A stretch of DNA of 64,000 nucleotides from an uncultured Chitinophagaceae bacterium (GCA_963710055.1 CAVPYW010000008.1:72794-136793); one strand, 5' to 3'. Counted from the stretch's first letter, positions 29,211-39,484 are shown. Notes: generated by a model not told the origin, from the sequence alone. Numbers and translations are program-made.

Positions 29211-29807
29211 ATGAAATCCGGGATAGTATATTCCAAAAATCAAATTGAAAAACTTGGGAATACGCTTGTTTACCTGTGTGATCATATAAATCCCATTTCT
29301 AAGACTCATATATTAAAACTGGTATTCATTATAGAAGAAATATCTATAAAAAAGTATGGTATTCCTTTTTTTGATTTAAGATTTAATGTATGGAAGCTTG
29401 GGCCGGTATCACAAGATTTATTTGCAGAGCTTTCGGGCGAACCTGTATTGTTGTCAGAATTTATTTGCAGAGAAAAACCAGAAGAAGAAAATTCCCCGTT
29501 TAAGAAAGTAAAAGAATTTTCTGATGATGAGTTTAGCGATAATGAATTAAAATTACTGGAAACAATAGTTGACCGTTTCAAATATTGCACAGCTAAAGAG
29601 CTGATAAACTATACACACAAAAAAGATTCTCCCTGGTATAATACTGCTTATAAACATGGGATATTAGAGGAGTTGGAAGCTGGCAAAATAAACACTACAG
29701 GTATTGAAATTAAGTTAGAAGAAGCTATAGCCAATGATAAGGCAAAATATGCTCTTTATAAAAACCACAAGGAGTTTTTAAGTCAGTCGAAAAGTCTTAA
29801 AGCTTAA
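29211..29807 (+). CDS. Panacea-domain (DUF4065/SocA-like) antitoxin
   Basis: ISKTHILKLVFII, FNVWKLGPVSQDLF (W..GPV), FSDNELKLLETIVDRF...AKELINYTH...SPW. Confidence 0.85.
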   Translation: MKSGIVYSKNQIEKLGNTLVYLCDHINPISKTHILKLVFIIEEISIKKYGIPFFDLRFNVWKLGPVSQDLFAELSGEPVLLSEFICREKPEEENSPFKKVKEFSDDEFSDNELKLLETIVDRFKYCTAKELINYTHKKDSPWYNTAYKHGILEELEAGKINTTGIEIKLEEAIANDKAKYALYKNHKEFLSQSKSLKA

Positions 29808-29811
29808 ATTA

Positions 29812-30258
29812 TTGTATACTCCAGGCAAACTGATATATTTTGATCCTTTCTATTTTAAAGATGGAGGTGAAAACAAGCCAAAGTATTTTTTGGTTTTGAA
29901 AGTAATTGATGGGAACGCAATTTTAGTCAGCCTTCCATCAAGTATAAACCATTTACCCCAGGATCGTCTAATAGCTCATGGCTGTTTAGAAATTCCTGAT
30001 ATATGTGTTAACTGCTATATTTTTGAAGCAAACAGACCCATCACAAAATCTGGTTGGGCCTTTCCTTTAGATACTCTCTTATATGGCAATTGGCTTGATG
30101 ACTATAGCGTTCAGTCGTTAAATGAAAAATATTCAATTGAAGGCGTAGATTATGAGATAAAAGGAGAACTAACAGATGAAGAATTAAAAAATGTAATTGA
30201 ATGCTTCGCTAACTCAAGTGTAGTAAAAAGGAGGTTTAAAAAGATCTTAGCCTCGTAA
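29812..30258 (+). CDS. Putative toxin partner, PemK/MazF-like N-terminus
   Basis: TTG start 4 nt after the antitoxin stop; PGKLIYFDPFYFKDGGENKPKYFLVL resembles the PemK beta-hairpin; the function is inferred. Confidence 0.5.
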   Translation: MYTPGKLIYFDPFYFKDGGENKPKYFLVLKVIDGNAILVSLPSSINHLPQDRLIAHGCLEIPDICVNCYIFEANRPITKSGWAFPLDTLLYGNWLDDYSVQSLNEKYSIEGVDYEIKGELTDEELKNVIECFANSSVVKRRFKKILAS

Positions 30259-30291
30259 ATTTCAATCAGGTCGTTACCTGAATCTCCACTA

Positions 30292-31347
30292 TTAAGCAAT
30301 TACTTCTTTTTTCGAATTAACTTTTTTTGTGGATGCGCGGATCAATAATTCCGTCGTTAACACTTTCGTTTCAAAATCCGTAACGGGTCTTTTACTTTCT
30401 ATTAATTGTAATAAAAGGTTGGTTGAGATTTCTCCCATTTCAAAGGCGGGCTGTTTGATAACTGACAAGGGCGGATCCAGTAATTCTGTAAGATCTGTAT
30501 TGGAAAATCCTATCAGGCCGATATCTTCCGGAACACGGAGGTCTCTTACTTTAAAATTCCGGAGACAACCCGTGGTCAATTTATCTGATGATGCAAAAAC
30601 AGCATCCGGTTTTTGCCGCAGTTGAAATAATTCTTTGATCGCTTCATCCACTTCCTGGGCTATCATACCTCCATGCTGGCAATATTCGATAAGACAAGGA
30701 TCCACTTCAATATCATTATCCTTCAATGCGGCCATATAACCACCGATCCTTTCACGGGTTATGGATAATACTTCGGAATTGCCGATCGCAGCAATGCGGC
30801 GGTACCCGCAATTGATAAGATGAAGCGTGGCATCATAAGCGCCTTTATAATTATCCACTCTCACTTTATGCGTTTCGATCTCATCCACGATCCTGTCGAA
30901 AAAAACGATGGGCAATCCTTTTTGGTTCAATTCTTTCAGGTAACTGAAATCCTTTGTTTCGGTAGATACAGAGATGATCAATCCATCGATGGAACGGGAA
31001 GTGAGGTACTGAAGGTTCAGCATTTCCCTGTCATACGATTCCCGGCTTTGGGCAATGATAACATTATAGCCATTATTATAAGCGATGTTCTCGATACCAT
31101 TGATGGCCTGGGAGAAAAAACTATTGGCGATCTCGCAAACGATCACACCGATAGAACGGCTTCTTCTTTCTTTCAGGCTAAGGGCAATGGGATTGGGATG
31201 ATAGTTATTTTTTTCGGCGTACTCGAGTACGAGTTTTTTGGTTTCGGCGCTTATTTCATAGCTATCCCGAAGGGCTCTTGATACGGTGGAGGTGGACAGG
31301 CCAAGGGCCTTTGCAATGTCCTTTATAGTAAGGGCTTCAAACTTCAT
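30292..31347 (-). CDS. LacI-family transcriptional regulator
   Basis: TIKDIAKALGLSTSTVSRAL HTH, PBP-like domain, VPEDIGLIGF. Confidence 0.96.
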   Translation of the reverse strand: MKFEALTIKDIAKALGLSTSTVSRALRDSYEISAETKKLVLEYAEKNNYHPNPIALSLKERRSRSIGVIVCEIANSFFSQAINGIENIAYNNGYNVIIAQSRESYDREMLNLQYLTSRSIDGLIISVSTETKDFSYLKELNQKGLPIVFFDRIVDEIETHKVRVDNYKGAYDATLHLINCGYRRIAAIGNSEVLSITRERIGGYMAALKDNDIEVDPCLIEYCQHGGMIAQEVDEAIKELFQLRQKPDAVFASSDKLTTGCLRNFKVRDLRVPEDIGLIGFSNTDLTELLDPPLSVIKQPAFEMGEISTNLLLQLIESKRPVTDFETKVLTTELLIRASTKKVNSKKEVIA

Positions 31348-31406
31348 AAACCATTTTCTGCGAAAGATTTGAAGTTACAGTTTTTCGGTGGCTTTGTAAG
31401 GGGGAA

Positions 31407-31590
31407 TAGTAGGGAGTAGCTAGTAGGGAGTAGCTAGTAGGGAGTAGCTAGTAGGGAGTAGCTAGTAGGGAGAGCTAGTAGGGAGTAGCTAGTAGGGGGT
31501 ATCTGATAATTTAAGACTCTTCCCTACTCGCTACTTCCTACTCCCTACTCGCTACTCCCTACTCGCTACTCACCATTCCCTGCTAACTAC
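31407..31590. repeat. Tandem 14-bp array (TAGTAGGGAGTAGC x6, one copy with a 1-bp deletion) followed by an inverted degenerate array
   Basis: Units at 31407, 31421, 31435, 31449, 31463, 31476; complementary CCCTACT/CGCTACT heptamers at 31521-31590. Confidence 0.9.
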
Positions 31591-31617
31591 AATATCAGCC
31601 AACTTATTCAAAATGAC

Positions 31618-31635
31618 ATCGTTACCGGGAACGAT
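31618..31635. promoter_or_regulatory. Candidate LacI-family operator upstream of susC
   Basis: ATCGTTACCGGGAACGAT near-palindrome; second copy at 46398; TAGACTTG -7-like element 66 bp downstream. Confidence 0.75.
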
Positions 31636-31892
31636 TGCGTAAAAAAATCTATCTAAAACGTTCTAACACAATGAAGTTCTGTGTAGACTTGTTCTGTTAT
31701 CGGGCAGCCTGTACCACATAAATGCTGTCTGGGTAACAGGAAGATTGCTTGCTGTTATGAAAAAAACGTTTACCGAATTCACTTATCCGGCAGGATCTGC
31801 AAAGCCTGCCCGTTTCATTTCTGAAACAGCCTTCGCTTCTTCTATTCTGAAATTTTTTCCGGTGAATTACTGCTTAAAATAAAAACTGCATT

Positions 31893-34800
31893 ATGATGAG
31901 AATCTTTAAAAAACTGGGATTGCTGATGCTGTTGCTTGCATGCTTTTCCAATAACCAACTTTTTGCGCAGGGAAGAACAGTTACGGGTACTGTTACATCT
32001 TCTGAAAATAAACAGGCGGTGAGTGGCGCAACTGTTTCTGTAAAAGGAACCAGTACCACCACCACCACCGATGCACAGGGAAGCTTCAGTATTACTGTAA
32101 ATAACCCGTCAGCCATACTGGTTGTCAGCAACAGTGGTTTTGTAACACAGGAAATATCCACTGAAGGCAAAACATCTGTAACCATTGAATTGACAGCCGA
32201 TGTAAAAGCATTAGATGATGTTGTCGTAATAGGATATCAAACAGTGAAAAGAAAAGATCTTACCGGGTCTGTTTCTTCCATTAGTGCAAAACAATTGAAA
32301 GATATTCCTATCAACTCTGCGGCACAGGCACTCGCCGGCCGGTTAGCCGGTGTACAGATCACCGGTACGGAAGGAACTCCTAATGCAGAGGTCATCATCA
32401 GGGTAAGAGGCGGTGGTTCTATCACCCAGGATAATTCTCCTTTATACATCATTGATGGTATACAGGTGGAAAATGCATTAAATACAATTTCCCCGCAAGA
32501 CATAGAAAGCATAGATGTATTGAAAGATGCTTCGGCAACCGCCATCTATGGTTCAAGAGGTGCTAATGGCGTAGTGATCATTACTACAAAAGGCGGACGC
32601 AATGTAAGGACCACTATCAGTTATAGCGGACTTGTTGGTTTTAATAAAATGTACAACCCGCTGGAAGTTTTTAAGCCTTATGATTTTGTTGCTTATCAAT
32701 ATGAAAGAAACAGGCCATTGGGCGGAGCCGACAGTACTTCTTTTGTACAGCAATATGGAACCACATGGGATACATTGAACAATTATAAAAATGTTCCTTT
32801 CCTGGATTGGCAAAAACAAATGTTTGGCCGTACTGCCATGACGACATCGCATAATGTTAGTCTGAACGGTGGTAACAGCACCAGCCAGTATAATCTTAGT
32901 CTTACTACCAATAAAGAAGAAGGATTGATGCTCGATTCGGAATTCGATCGTAAGCTTGTATCATTTAAATTCGATCACAACTTTACATCAAAACTGAAAA
33001 TAGGTTTCAATGCACGGTATAATCATACAAGCGTAAAGGGCGCCGGTACATCCAATTCGGGTTCGATCTCCACTAACCGTCTTCGTCAAAGTGTTAAGTA
33101 CAGGCCATTGCTGGTAGGCGGGCAGGACCTTGATGATTACGATCCTACTTATGCAACACAAACAAATGGCAACAGTTTAGCACTGGTAAACCCCATCCTG
33201 CTGAATAAAGCCGAATACAGGAGAGATTTTTATGACATCATTAATTTGAGCAGTTATTTTGACTGGAAGCTTACCAAGTTCTTATCCTTCCGTACGACAG
33301 TAGGTTTTAATAGTACCAAACGTCTCCAGCATTCCTATGACGATTCTATTACCAATGCGTCCAAACTGAATGGCTCTAACCTGCCGATGGCTTCTATCTC
33401 AACCACCGAGTTGCGGGGTATAGTTAATTCCAATGTTTTGACATTCTCAAGTACAGGATTGCAATCAGAGTTCACAAAGAAAAATGTATTCTCAGTAATT
33501 GTCGGACACGAGATCAATGATAACAGGGCAACGAACACTAATATGTTTGCAAGATATTTCCCGCAGGGCTTTGGAGCTGAAAAAGCCATCGATAATATGA
33601 ATATGGGTACGCTTTATACAGATCCGGCCAGGCCCGGTTCTTCACGACTGGATGATCATCTTGTATCATTCTTCGGAAAAATAAATTATGCTTTTGATGA
33701 CCGGTTTCTGGTTGCATTAAGTTTGCGTGCAGACGGTTCATCCAAATTCGCAGAAGGTAATAAATGGGGTTATTTCCCTGCAGCATCGGTTGCGTGGCGT
33801 GTATCCAATGAAAAATTCTGGGAAAATATGTCAAGCACGATCAGCGATTTTAAAGTTCGTGTTAGTTATGGCGCTGCCGGTAATAACCGCATTCCCAATT
33901 TTGCTTACCTGACACAATACTTAAGCAACACACAATATTGGATCAACAATGCTTTGGTGCCGGCTTATTCTTCACCGGTATTAGCTAACCCGGACCTGGT
34001 GTGGGAAACAACTGTTAGCCGCAACTTCGGTCTTGATTTTGGTTTTTCGAAAAACAGGTTCCAGTTGTCTGTTGATATTTATAAGAACACAACGGAAGAC
34101 CTGCTGATCAATGTGCCTATCTCTTCTTCACTCGGATATACTACGCAATTTCAGAATGTAGGTTCTACCGAGAACAAGGGGATAGAAATACAATTGAATG
34201 CGAATATCATTAATAAAAAGAATCTTGCCTGGACAGCCACCTTCAATCTTTCTTCCAATAATAACAGGGTGAAAAGCCTAGGTAATTACCTGGCAAAATA
34301 TCCGGGAACGGATCAGCGCTTCTTCCTGCAAAGTTCAGGTTGGGGTATTGCCAGCACACCTTCAGATTATATTGTTCGTGTAGGCGATCCTGTAGGAGCT
34401 ATCTATGGTTTTGTAACGGATGGCTGGTATTCGACCGACCAGTTCGATTATAATACGGGTACTGGTATCTATACATTGAAAACAGGTGTAGCCAGTAACC
34501 AGCCGATCATTTCACAGTTACCGCAGCCGGGTTCATTAAGATTTAAAGACCTGAATGGCGATGGTATTATCAACGATCTCGATAAAAAGATCATCGGTGT
34601 AGCGCAACCAAAAATATTCGGGGGTTTGAATCAACAGGTAAGATGGAAGAACTTCGACTTCAGCGTATTTGTCAATTACCAGTTTGGCAATGATGTTTAT
34701 AATGCTAATAAACTGGAATTCACCAGTGGCTATCAAACCAATTCAAACCTGCTGGAAGTAATGAACGGAAGATGGAGAAATGTGGATCCAACGGGGAAAG

Positions 34801-35195
34801 TGTTACTGCGTGTTGTAACGATCAGCAGTGTTCAATATGTACAGGGTGTAGCACCGGCTGAATTGAATGCTAATAATTCGAATGCCCAGATATGGTCTGC
34901 AAGTACGGCGGCGAATGCCTACACATTGCATTCATGGGCTGTGGAAGACGGATCTTTTGTACGTTTGAATAATATTACGATCGGTTATACATTGCCGGCA
35001 AAATTGCTGGCGAAATTGAAACTGCAAAATCTGAGAGTGTATGCAACAGGTAATAACCTGCATGTGTTTACCAAGTATAGCGGTTACGATCCTGAAGTAA
35101 GTACCCGGAGAAATAATCCAACCACTCCCGGTGTTGATTATTCAGCTTATCCAAGAGGACGTTCTTTTGTTTTTGGTGTAAATCTTAGTTTTTAA
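31893..35195 (+). CDS. susC: SusC/RagA TonB-dependent transporter
   Basis: CarboxypepD-like N-terminus, VVVIGY, PLYIIDG, DIESIDVLKDASATAIYGSRGANGVVIITTK, C-terminal F. Confidence 0.97.
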   Translation: MMRIFKKLGLLMLLLACFSNNQLFAQGRTVTGTVTSSENKQAVSGATVSVKGTSTTTTTDAQGSFSITVNNPSAILVVSNSGFVTQEISTEGKTSVTIELTADVKALDDVVVIGYQTVKRKDLTGSVSSISAKQLKDIPINSAAQALAGRLAGVQITGTEGTPNAEVIIRVRGGGSITQDNSPLYIIDGIQVENALNTISPQDIESIDVLKDASATAIYGSRGANGVVIITTKGGRNVRTTISYSGLVGFNKMYNPLEVFKPYDFVAYQYERNRPLGGADSTSFVQQYGTTWDTLNNYKNVPFLDWQKQMFGRTAMTTSHNVSLNGGNSTSQYNLSLTTNKEEGLMLDSEFDRKLVSFKFDHNFTSKLKIGFNARYNHTSVKGAGTSNSGSISTNRLRQSVKYRPLLVGGQDLDDYDPTYATQTNGNSLALVNPILLNKAEYRRDFYDIINLSSYFDWKLTKFLSFRTTVGFNSTKRLQHSYDDSITNASKLNGSNLPMASISTTELRGIVNSNVLTFSSTGLQSEFTKKNVFSVIVGHEINDNRATNTNMFARYFPQGFGAEKAIDNMNMGTLYTDPARPGSSRLDDHLVSFFGKINYAFDDRFLVALSLRADGSSKFAEGNKWGYFPAASVAWRVSNEKFWENMSSTISDFKVRVSYGAAGNNRIPNFAYLTQYLSNTQYWINNALVPAYSSPVLANPDLVWETTVSRNFGLDFGFSKNRFQLSVDIYKNTTEDLLINVPISSSLGYTTQFQNVGSTENKGIEIQLNANIINKKNLAWTATFNLSSNNNRVKSLGNYLAKYPGTDQRFFLQSSGWGIASTPSDYIVRVGDPVGAIYGFVTDGWYSTDQFDYNTGTGIYTLKTGVASNQPIISQLPQPGSLRFKDLNGDGIINDLDKKIIGVAQPKIFGGLNQQVRWKNFDFSVFVNYQFGNDVYNANKLEFTSGYQTNSNLLEVMNGRWRNVDPTGKVLLRVVTISSVQYVQGVAPAELNANNSNAQIWSASTAANAYTLHSWAVEDGSFVRLNNITIGYTLPAKLLAKLKLQNLRVYATGNNLHVFTKYSGYDPEVSTRRNNPTTPGVDYSAYPRGRSFVFGVNLSF

Positions 35196-35210
35196 ATAAT
35201 AAAAAACTAT

Positions 35211-37028
35211 TTGAATATGAAGTCTAAATATTTTAAATCGTTTACTTACCTGGTTGCTGTTTTTGCAATAGTAATGTCATTAGGTTCCTGCAAAAAATAC
35301 CTGGAAGTACAACCGTCATCGTCATTCGATCCCGCTTTTGTTTTCAGCAATGTTGAGAACGCCAAAAGAGCGGTATTAGGCGCTTACGCCGATCTTGGCG
35401 GTGATAATGGTTATGGTATCCGTATAAGTATGTACTACCCGCTGGATGATGACCTGATGATGGGACAGGGAGGTACGCCTTATCCCGATGGCGAAAGAAG
35501 GGATATTGCGCATTATAATGTAACGGCAACCAATTCACAACTGGCCAATCCTTTTAACCAGTTATATAATGGTGTGGAAAGAGCAAACCTTTGTATCTAT
35601 TATATCCCCAAAATGGGATTATATACAGCGGGTACACCATCAGAGATCGCCGAGTTGAAAAGATTACATGGTGAAGCGCTGACGTTGCGGGCTATCTATT
35701 ATCTGGAACTGATCCGTAACTGGGGAGACCTTCCTGCACAGTTCATTCCTTCATCAATGGAAACGAATCTCTATAAAGGAAAAACAAGCAGGGATTCTAT
35801 TTATAATGTATTGCTTGCCGATCTTGATGTTGCGAAAAATCTATTACCGTGGAGAGCAGCTGTACCAAGAGATGAGCGTATCACACAAGGTTCTGCCCGT
35901 GCATTGCGTGCAAGGATCGCATTGTATCGTGGCGGGTATTCTTTGAGGCAGAGCAGAACAATGGAAAGAGGCAGTGATTATCTTACTTATTATCAAATAG
36001 CAAAGGATGAGTGTGCCGCAATAATGGCCCGTCCCGGCGATCACACATTGAATACAAGTTTCAGAAGTGTTTTTAAAGATTATATCTGCGGCCGCAGTAT
36101 AGATCCCAGCGGTGAAGTATTGTTTGAAGTAGCAATGGATGGTGGAACCAGCGCATTGGGAGACAGCAAACTCGGTTATTATAACGGGCCAAGAGTTAAT
36201 AATGTTGGTAACTCTGCATTGACCGTATTGCCTAATTATTTTTACATGTTCGATTCAACAGATCTTAGAAGAGACGTAATGTGCTGTGTATATAATGTAG
36301 CTAATACAAGTGGCGCATATAATTATACAAGTCCCAACAGGACCCTGGCAACATTGGTAGATGGCAAATTCCGCCGGGACTGGATACAACCCAGTATGCT
36401 CGCTTCTGCTGCCCAATATTTCGGTGTTAACTGGCCGATGATCCGTTTCTCCGATGTATTACTGATGTATGCTGAAGCAGAAAATGAAATAAGCAATGGC
36501 CCTACTGCTGCTGCTTATGATGCGATCAATAAAGTGAGACGCCGCGGATATGGTAAACCTATTGCTGTTGCAGATCCTGCGCCGGGAGGTGTAGATCTTC
36601 CTGCTGGTTTAACAAAAGCTACTTTCTTTGATGCTTTGGTAAAAGAAAGAGCATTGGAGTTTGGAGGCGAAGGCATTCGTAAGTATGATCTTATCCGCTG
36701 GAATTTACTGGCTTCTAAAATTGCCGGCGTAAAAGCATTGTTGCCTGTTATGGCTGCAAGAAGCGCTGCGCCATGGAATACATATCCCACGATCATGTAT
36801 TTCCTGCCGAATGTTTCTACTATCAGTTACCCGGGTTCATTTTATAAAACGGTTGTAACACCTGCACCGGCAGGTTATACTGCCAACAACTGGTTGCACA
36901 GCAGTATCACTTCTACTATCACTACATATTATGCTGTTGCATTTACACCGAATAAAAGTGAATTGCTTCCATTACCTCAATCGGTTCTTGATGCAAATCC
37001 CAATCTTAAACAGGATTATGGTCATTGA
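35211..37028 (+). CDS. susD: SusD/RagB nutrient-binding lipoprotein
   Basis: Lipobox LGSC, GEALTLRA.YY.ELIRNWG, IRFSDVLLMYAEA, ERALEFGGEGIRKYDLIRW. Confidence 0.96.
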   Translation: MNMKSKYFKSFTYLVAVFAIVMSLGSCKKYLEVQPSSSFDPAFVFSNVENAKRAVLGAYADLGGDNGYGIRISMYYPLDDDLMMGQGGTPYPDGERRDIAHYNVTATNSQLANPFNQLYNGVERANLCIYYIPKMGLYTAGTPSEIAELKRLHGEALTLRAIYYLELIRNWGDLPAQFIPSSMETNLYKGKTSRDSIYNVLLADLDVAKNLLPWRAAVPRDERITQGSARALRARIALYRGGYSLRQSRTMERGSDYLTYYQIAKDECAAIMARPGDHTLNTSFRSVFKDYICGRSIDPSGEVLFEVAMDGGTSALGDSKLGYYNGPRVNNVGNSALTVLPNYFYMFDSTDLRRDVMCCVYNVANTSGAYNYTSPNRTLATLVDGKFRRDWIQPSMLASAAQYFGVNWPMIRFSDVLLMYAEAENEISNGPTAAAYDAINKVRRRGYGKPIAVADPAPGGVDLPAGLTKATFFDALVKERALEFGGEGIRKYDLIRWNLLASKIAGVKALLPVMAARSAAPWNTYPTIMYFLPNVSTISYPGSFYKTVVTPAPAGYTANNWLHSSITSTITTYYAVAFTPNKSELLPLPQSVLDANPNLKQDYGH

Positions 37029-37052
37029 TCTTTCTCATATTTTGTTTTAACG

Positions 37053-37080
37053 TAAGGCTGCTTTAATGCAGCCTTATTTT
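37053..37080 (+). terminator. Intrinsic terminator after susD
   Basis: TAAGGCTGC-TTTAAT-GCAGCCTTA followed by TTTT. Confidence 0.75.
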
Positions 37081-37156
37081 CTTAACATCGTCTTGAAATA
37101 CGGAATAAAGAATAAAGAATAAGGAACAAGGAACAAGAACAAGAGTACATGTCAAA

Positions 37157-38593
37157 ATGAAAAACATAGTAATGATATCATGTGGGTGGTTGATCCTTTC
37201 ATTGACGGCATGTGCGCAGCAAAACCTGCCTGGGGGACAGGCAGGCAAAATTCAAACATCCGCTGAGCCGGCTATCGCTTTTCCGGGTGCAGAAGGATTT
37301 GGAAAATTTACCACCGGCGGCCGGGGCGGGAAAGTTTTTATCGTTAGCAATTTAAATGATAATGGTCCCGGCAGTTTCCGCGAAGCGTCAGAAGCAAAAG
37401 AAAAAAGGATCATTGTATTTGAAATTTCGGGAACGATCCATCTTGAAAAAAAATTGCTGATAAAAGGCGATGTAACGATCGCCGGTCAATCAGCACCGGG
37501 TGATGGAATTTGTTTGGCGGACCAACCCGTTTCATTGAATGGCGATAATATCATTGTTCGCTATCTGCGTTTCCGCATGGGAGATAAATACCAGAGCCAG
37601 GCAGGTAAAGTAGATGGCAGCGGCGGCGATGATGCATTCGGAGGATTCAAAAGGAAGAATATCATCATCGATCATTGCAGTATGAGCTGGAGCACCGATG
37701 AAGTGTTCTCCATTTATGCCGGCGACAGCACTACCTTACAATGGAATATCATTTCCGAGCCATTGAACTATTCTTATCATTTCGAAACAGGCGATACGGA
37801 TTGGGAATATCATGGTTATGGCGGTATCTGGGGCGGACTGCACTTATCGGCCCATCATAATTTATTTGCACATTGCAGTAACCGCAATCCAAGGTTCAAC
37901 GGCATTCGTCATACTGCAACAGAGTTTGTTGATTACCGTAACAATGTTATTTACAACTGGGGCGGTAATAATATATATGCAGGGGAAGGCGGTAATTATA
38001 ATATCGTCAATAATTATTTTAAGTACGGCCCCAATACCAGCAATAGTGTGAAGTACCGCATTTGCAATCCCGGTAAAAATGAAACGATCGGTTTTGGTAA
38101 ATGGTATGTAGGAGGAAATTATGTTGATGGATCAAAAGAAGTAACAGAAAATAACCGGAAAGGTATTCATATGGGCAATGGCGGTACAGAGGAAGATAAA
38201 AAAACAACGGTGCAGGAAAAAGAATTTGCCACAGAGGGTATCCCGGATCAATCGGCGGCAGATGCATATGAGAATGTATTGAAATATGCAGGCGCCAGCT
38301 TTAGCAGGGATACATTGGATCAGCGTATCATCAATGATGTAAAGAACAGGACAGGCGATTTTATTGATGTGCAGGGTGGTTTTCCGCATGGTACGGCATA
38401 TGCAATGACGGTGAATGCATGGCCCGCTTTATATTCAATACAAATTCCTGTTGATAAAGACAGGGACGGTATGCCGGATGCATGGGAAAGAAAAAATGGA
38501 TTGGATCCTGCGGACGCCTCAGATGCTTCTAAGAATAAATTGCATACACATTATACTAATATTGAAGTGTTCTTTAACAGTTTAGTGAAATGA
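37157..38593 (+). CDS. Pectate lyase, PL1 (Bacteroidota type)
   Basis: AFPGAEGFG..TTGGRGG, TIAGQSAPGDGI, IIDHCSMSWSTDE, RNPRF, C-terminal DKDRDGMPDAWE. Confidence 0.92.
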   Translation: MKNIVMISCGWLILSLTACAQQNLPGGQAGKIQTSAEPAIAFPGAEGFGKFTTGGRGGKVFIVSNLNDNGPGSFREASEAKEKRIIVFEISGTIHLEKKLLIKGDVTIAGQSAPGDGICLADQPVSLNGDNIIVRYLRFRMGDKYQSQAGKVDGSGGDDAFGGFKRKNIIIDHCSMSWSTDEVFSIYAGDSTTLQWNIISEPLNYSYHFETGDTDWEYHGYGGIWGGLHLSAHHNLFAHCSNRNPRFNGIRHTATEFVDYRNNVIYNWGGNNIYAGEGGNYNIVNNYFKYGPNTSNSVKYRICNPGKNETIGFGKWYVGGNYVDGSKEVTENNRKGIHMGNGGTEEDKKTTVQEKEFATEGIPDQSAADAYENVLKYAGASFSRDTLDQRIINDVKNRTGDFIDVQGGFPHGTAYAMTVNAWPALYSIQIPVDKDRDGMPDAWERKNGLDPADASDASKNKLHTHYTNIEVFFNSLVK

Positions 38594-39345
38594 AAAAAAT
38601 ATTTCTCTTCCTGGTAGTTGCATTGGCACTTGCTTTTGCCTTGCCTGAAAAAAAGAAGATAAAGATCTTCATGGCGGGTGATTCCACGATGAGTATAAAG
38701 GAAACAAAGGCTTATCCTGAAACAGGATGGGGAATGCCATTTGTTTATTTCTGGGATTCTACTGTAACTGTTGTAAACCGTGCAAAGAACGGCCGCAGTA
38801 CCAAATCATTCATCAATGAAGGTTTATGGAAAACCATTTATGATGAAGCGGGTCCCGGTGATTATGTTTTTATACAATTTGGTCATAACGATGAAGCCAA
38901 AGAAAAAGGCGAACGATATGCAACACCGGATACTTTCAGAATGAATTTGACAAGATTTGTAAAAGAAACAAGAGCCAAAGGCGCCACACCCATTTTGTTT
39001 ACACCGGTAAGCCGCCGCAAATTCGATACGACAGGAACGGCTTTAGAAACACACCGGGAATATTCGGCTTATGTAAAAGAAGTAGCAGTTAAAGAAAATG
39101 TTTTGTTCATCGATCTCGATACAAAAAGCCGTGAGTTATACCAGCAAATGGGAAAGAACGATTCCAAATTATTATTCCTTCAGTTAAAACCGGGTGAACA
39201 TCCCAATTATCCCGAAGGCAAGGATGATAATACGCATTTCACGGAATTGGGTGCAAGACTGATCGCACAGATCATTTTAAAGGAATTGAGAGAATTAAAA
39301 ATTGAATTGACAGAGCGGGTATTTATTCCGCCGGTAAAAAAATAA
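38590..39345 (+). CDS. Rhamnogalacturonan/pectin acetylesterase (CE12, GDSL)
   Basis: AGDST, GWG, NRAKNGRSTKSF, IQFGHND, DDNTHF. Confidence 0.92.
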   Translation: MKKIFLFLVVALALAFALPEKKKIKIFMAGDSTMSIKETKAYPETGWGMPFVYFWDSTVTVVNRAKNGRSTKSFINEGLWKTIYDEAGPGDYVFIQFGHNDEAKEKGERYATPDTFRMNLTRFVKETRAKGATPILFTPVSRRKFDTTGTALETHREYSAYVKEVAVKENVLFIDLDTKSRELYQQMGKNDSKLLFLQLKPGEHPNYPEGKDDNTHFTELGARLIAQIILKELRELKIELTERVFIPPVKK

Positions 39346-39484
39346 ATCAACTTTATTTAAAAAATGAAACCACACAGGCACATAAGGAACATAAGCAAAT
39401 ACATACATAGTAAATTCTATGTGCATCCTATGTTCTTATAATCCTATCCCGCATCTGTGCGGGACAAGTTGTGGTAAAAAACTG

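Noticed and set aside
31407-31500. Possible CRISPR array
   Set aside because: Units are 14 bp and directly adjacent with no unique spacers, and there are no cas genes; it is a tandem repeat
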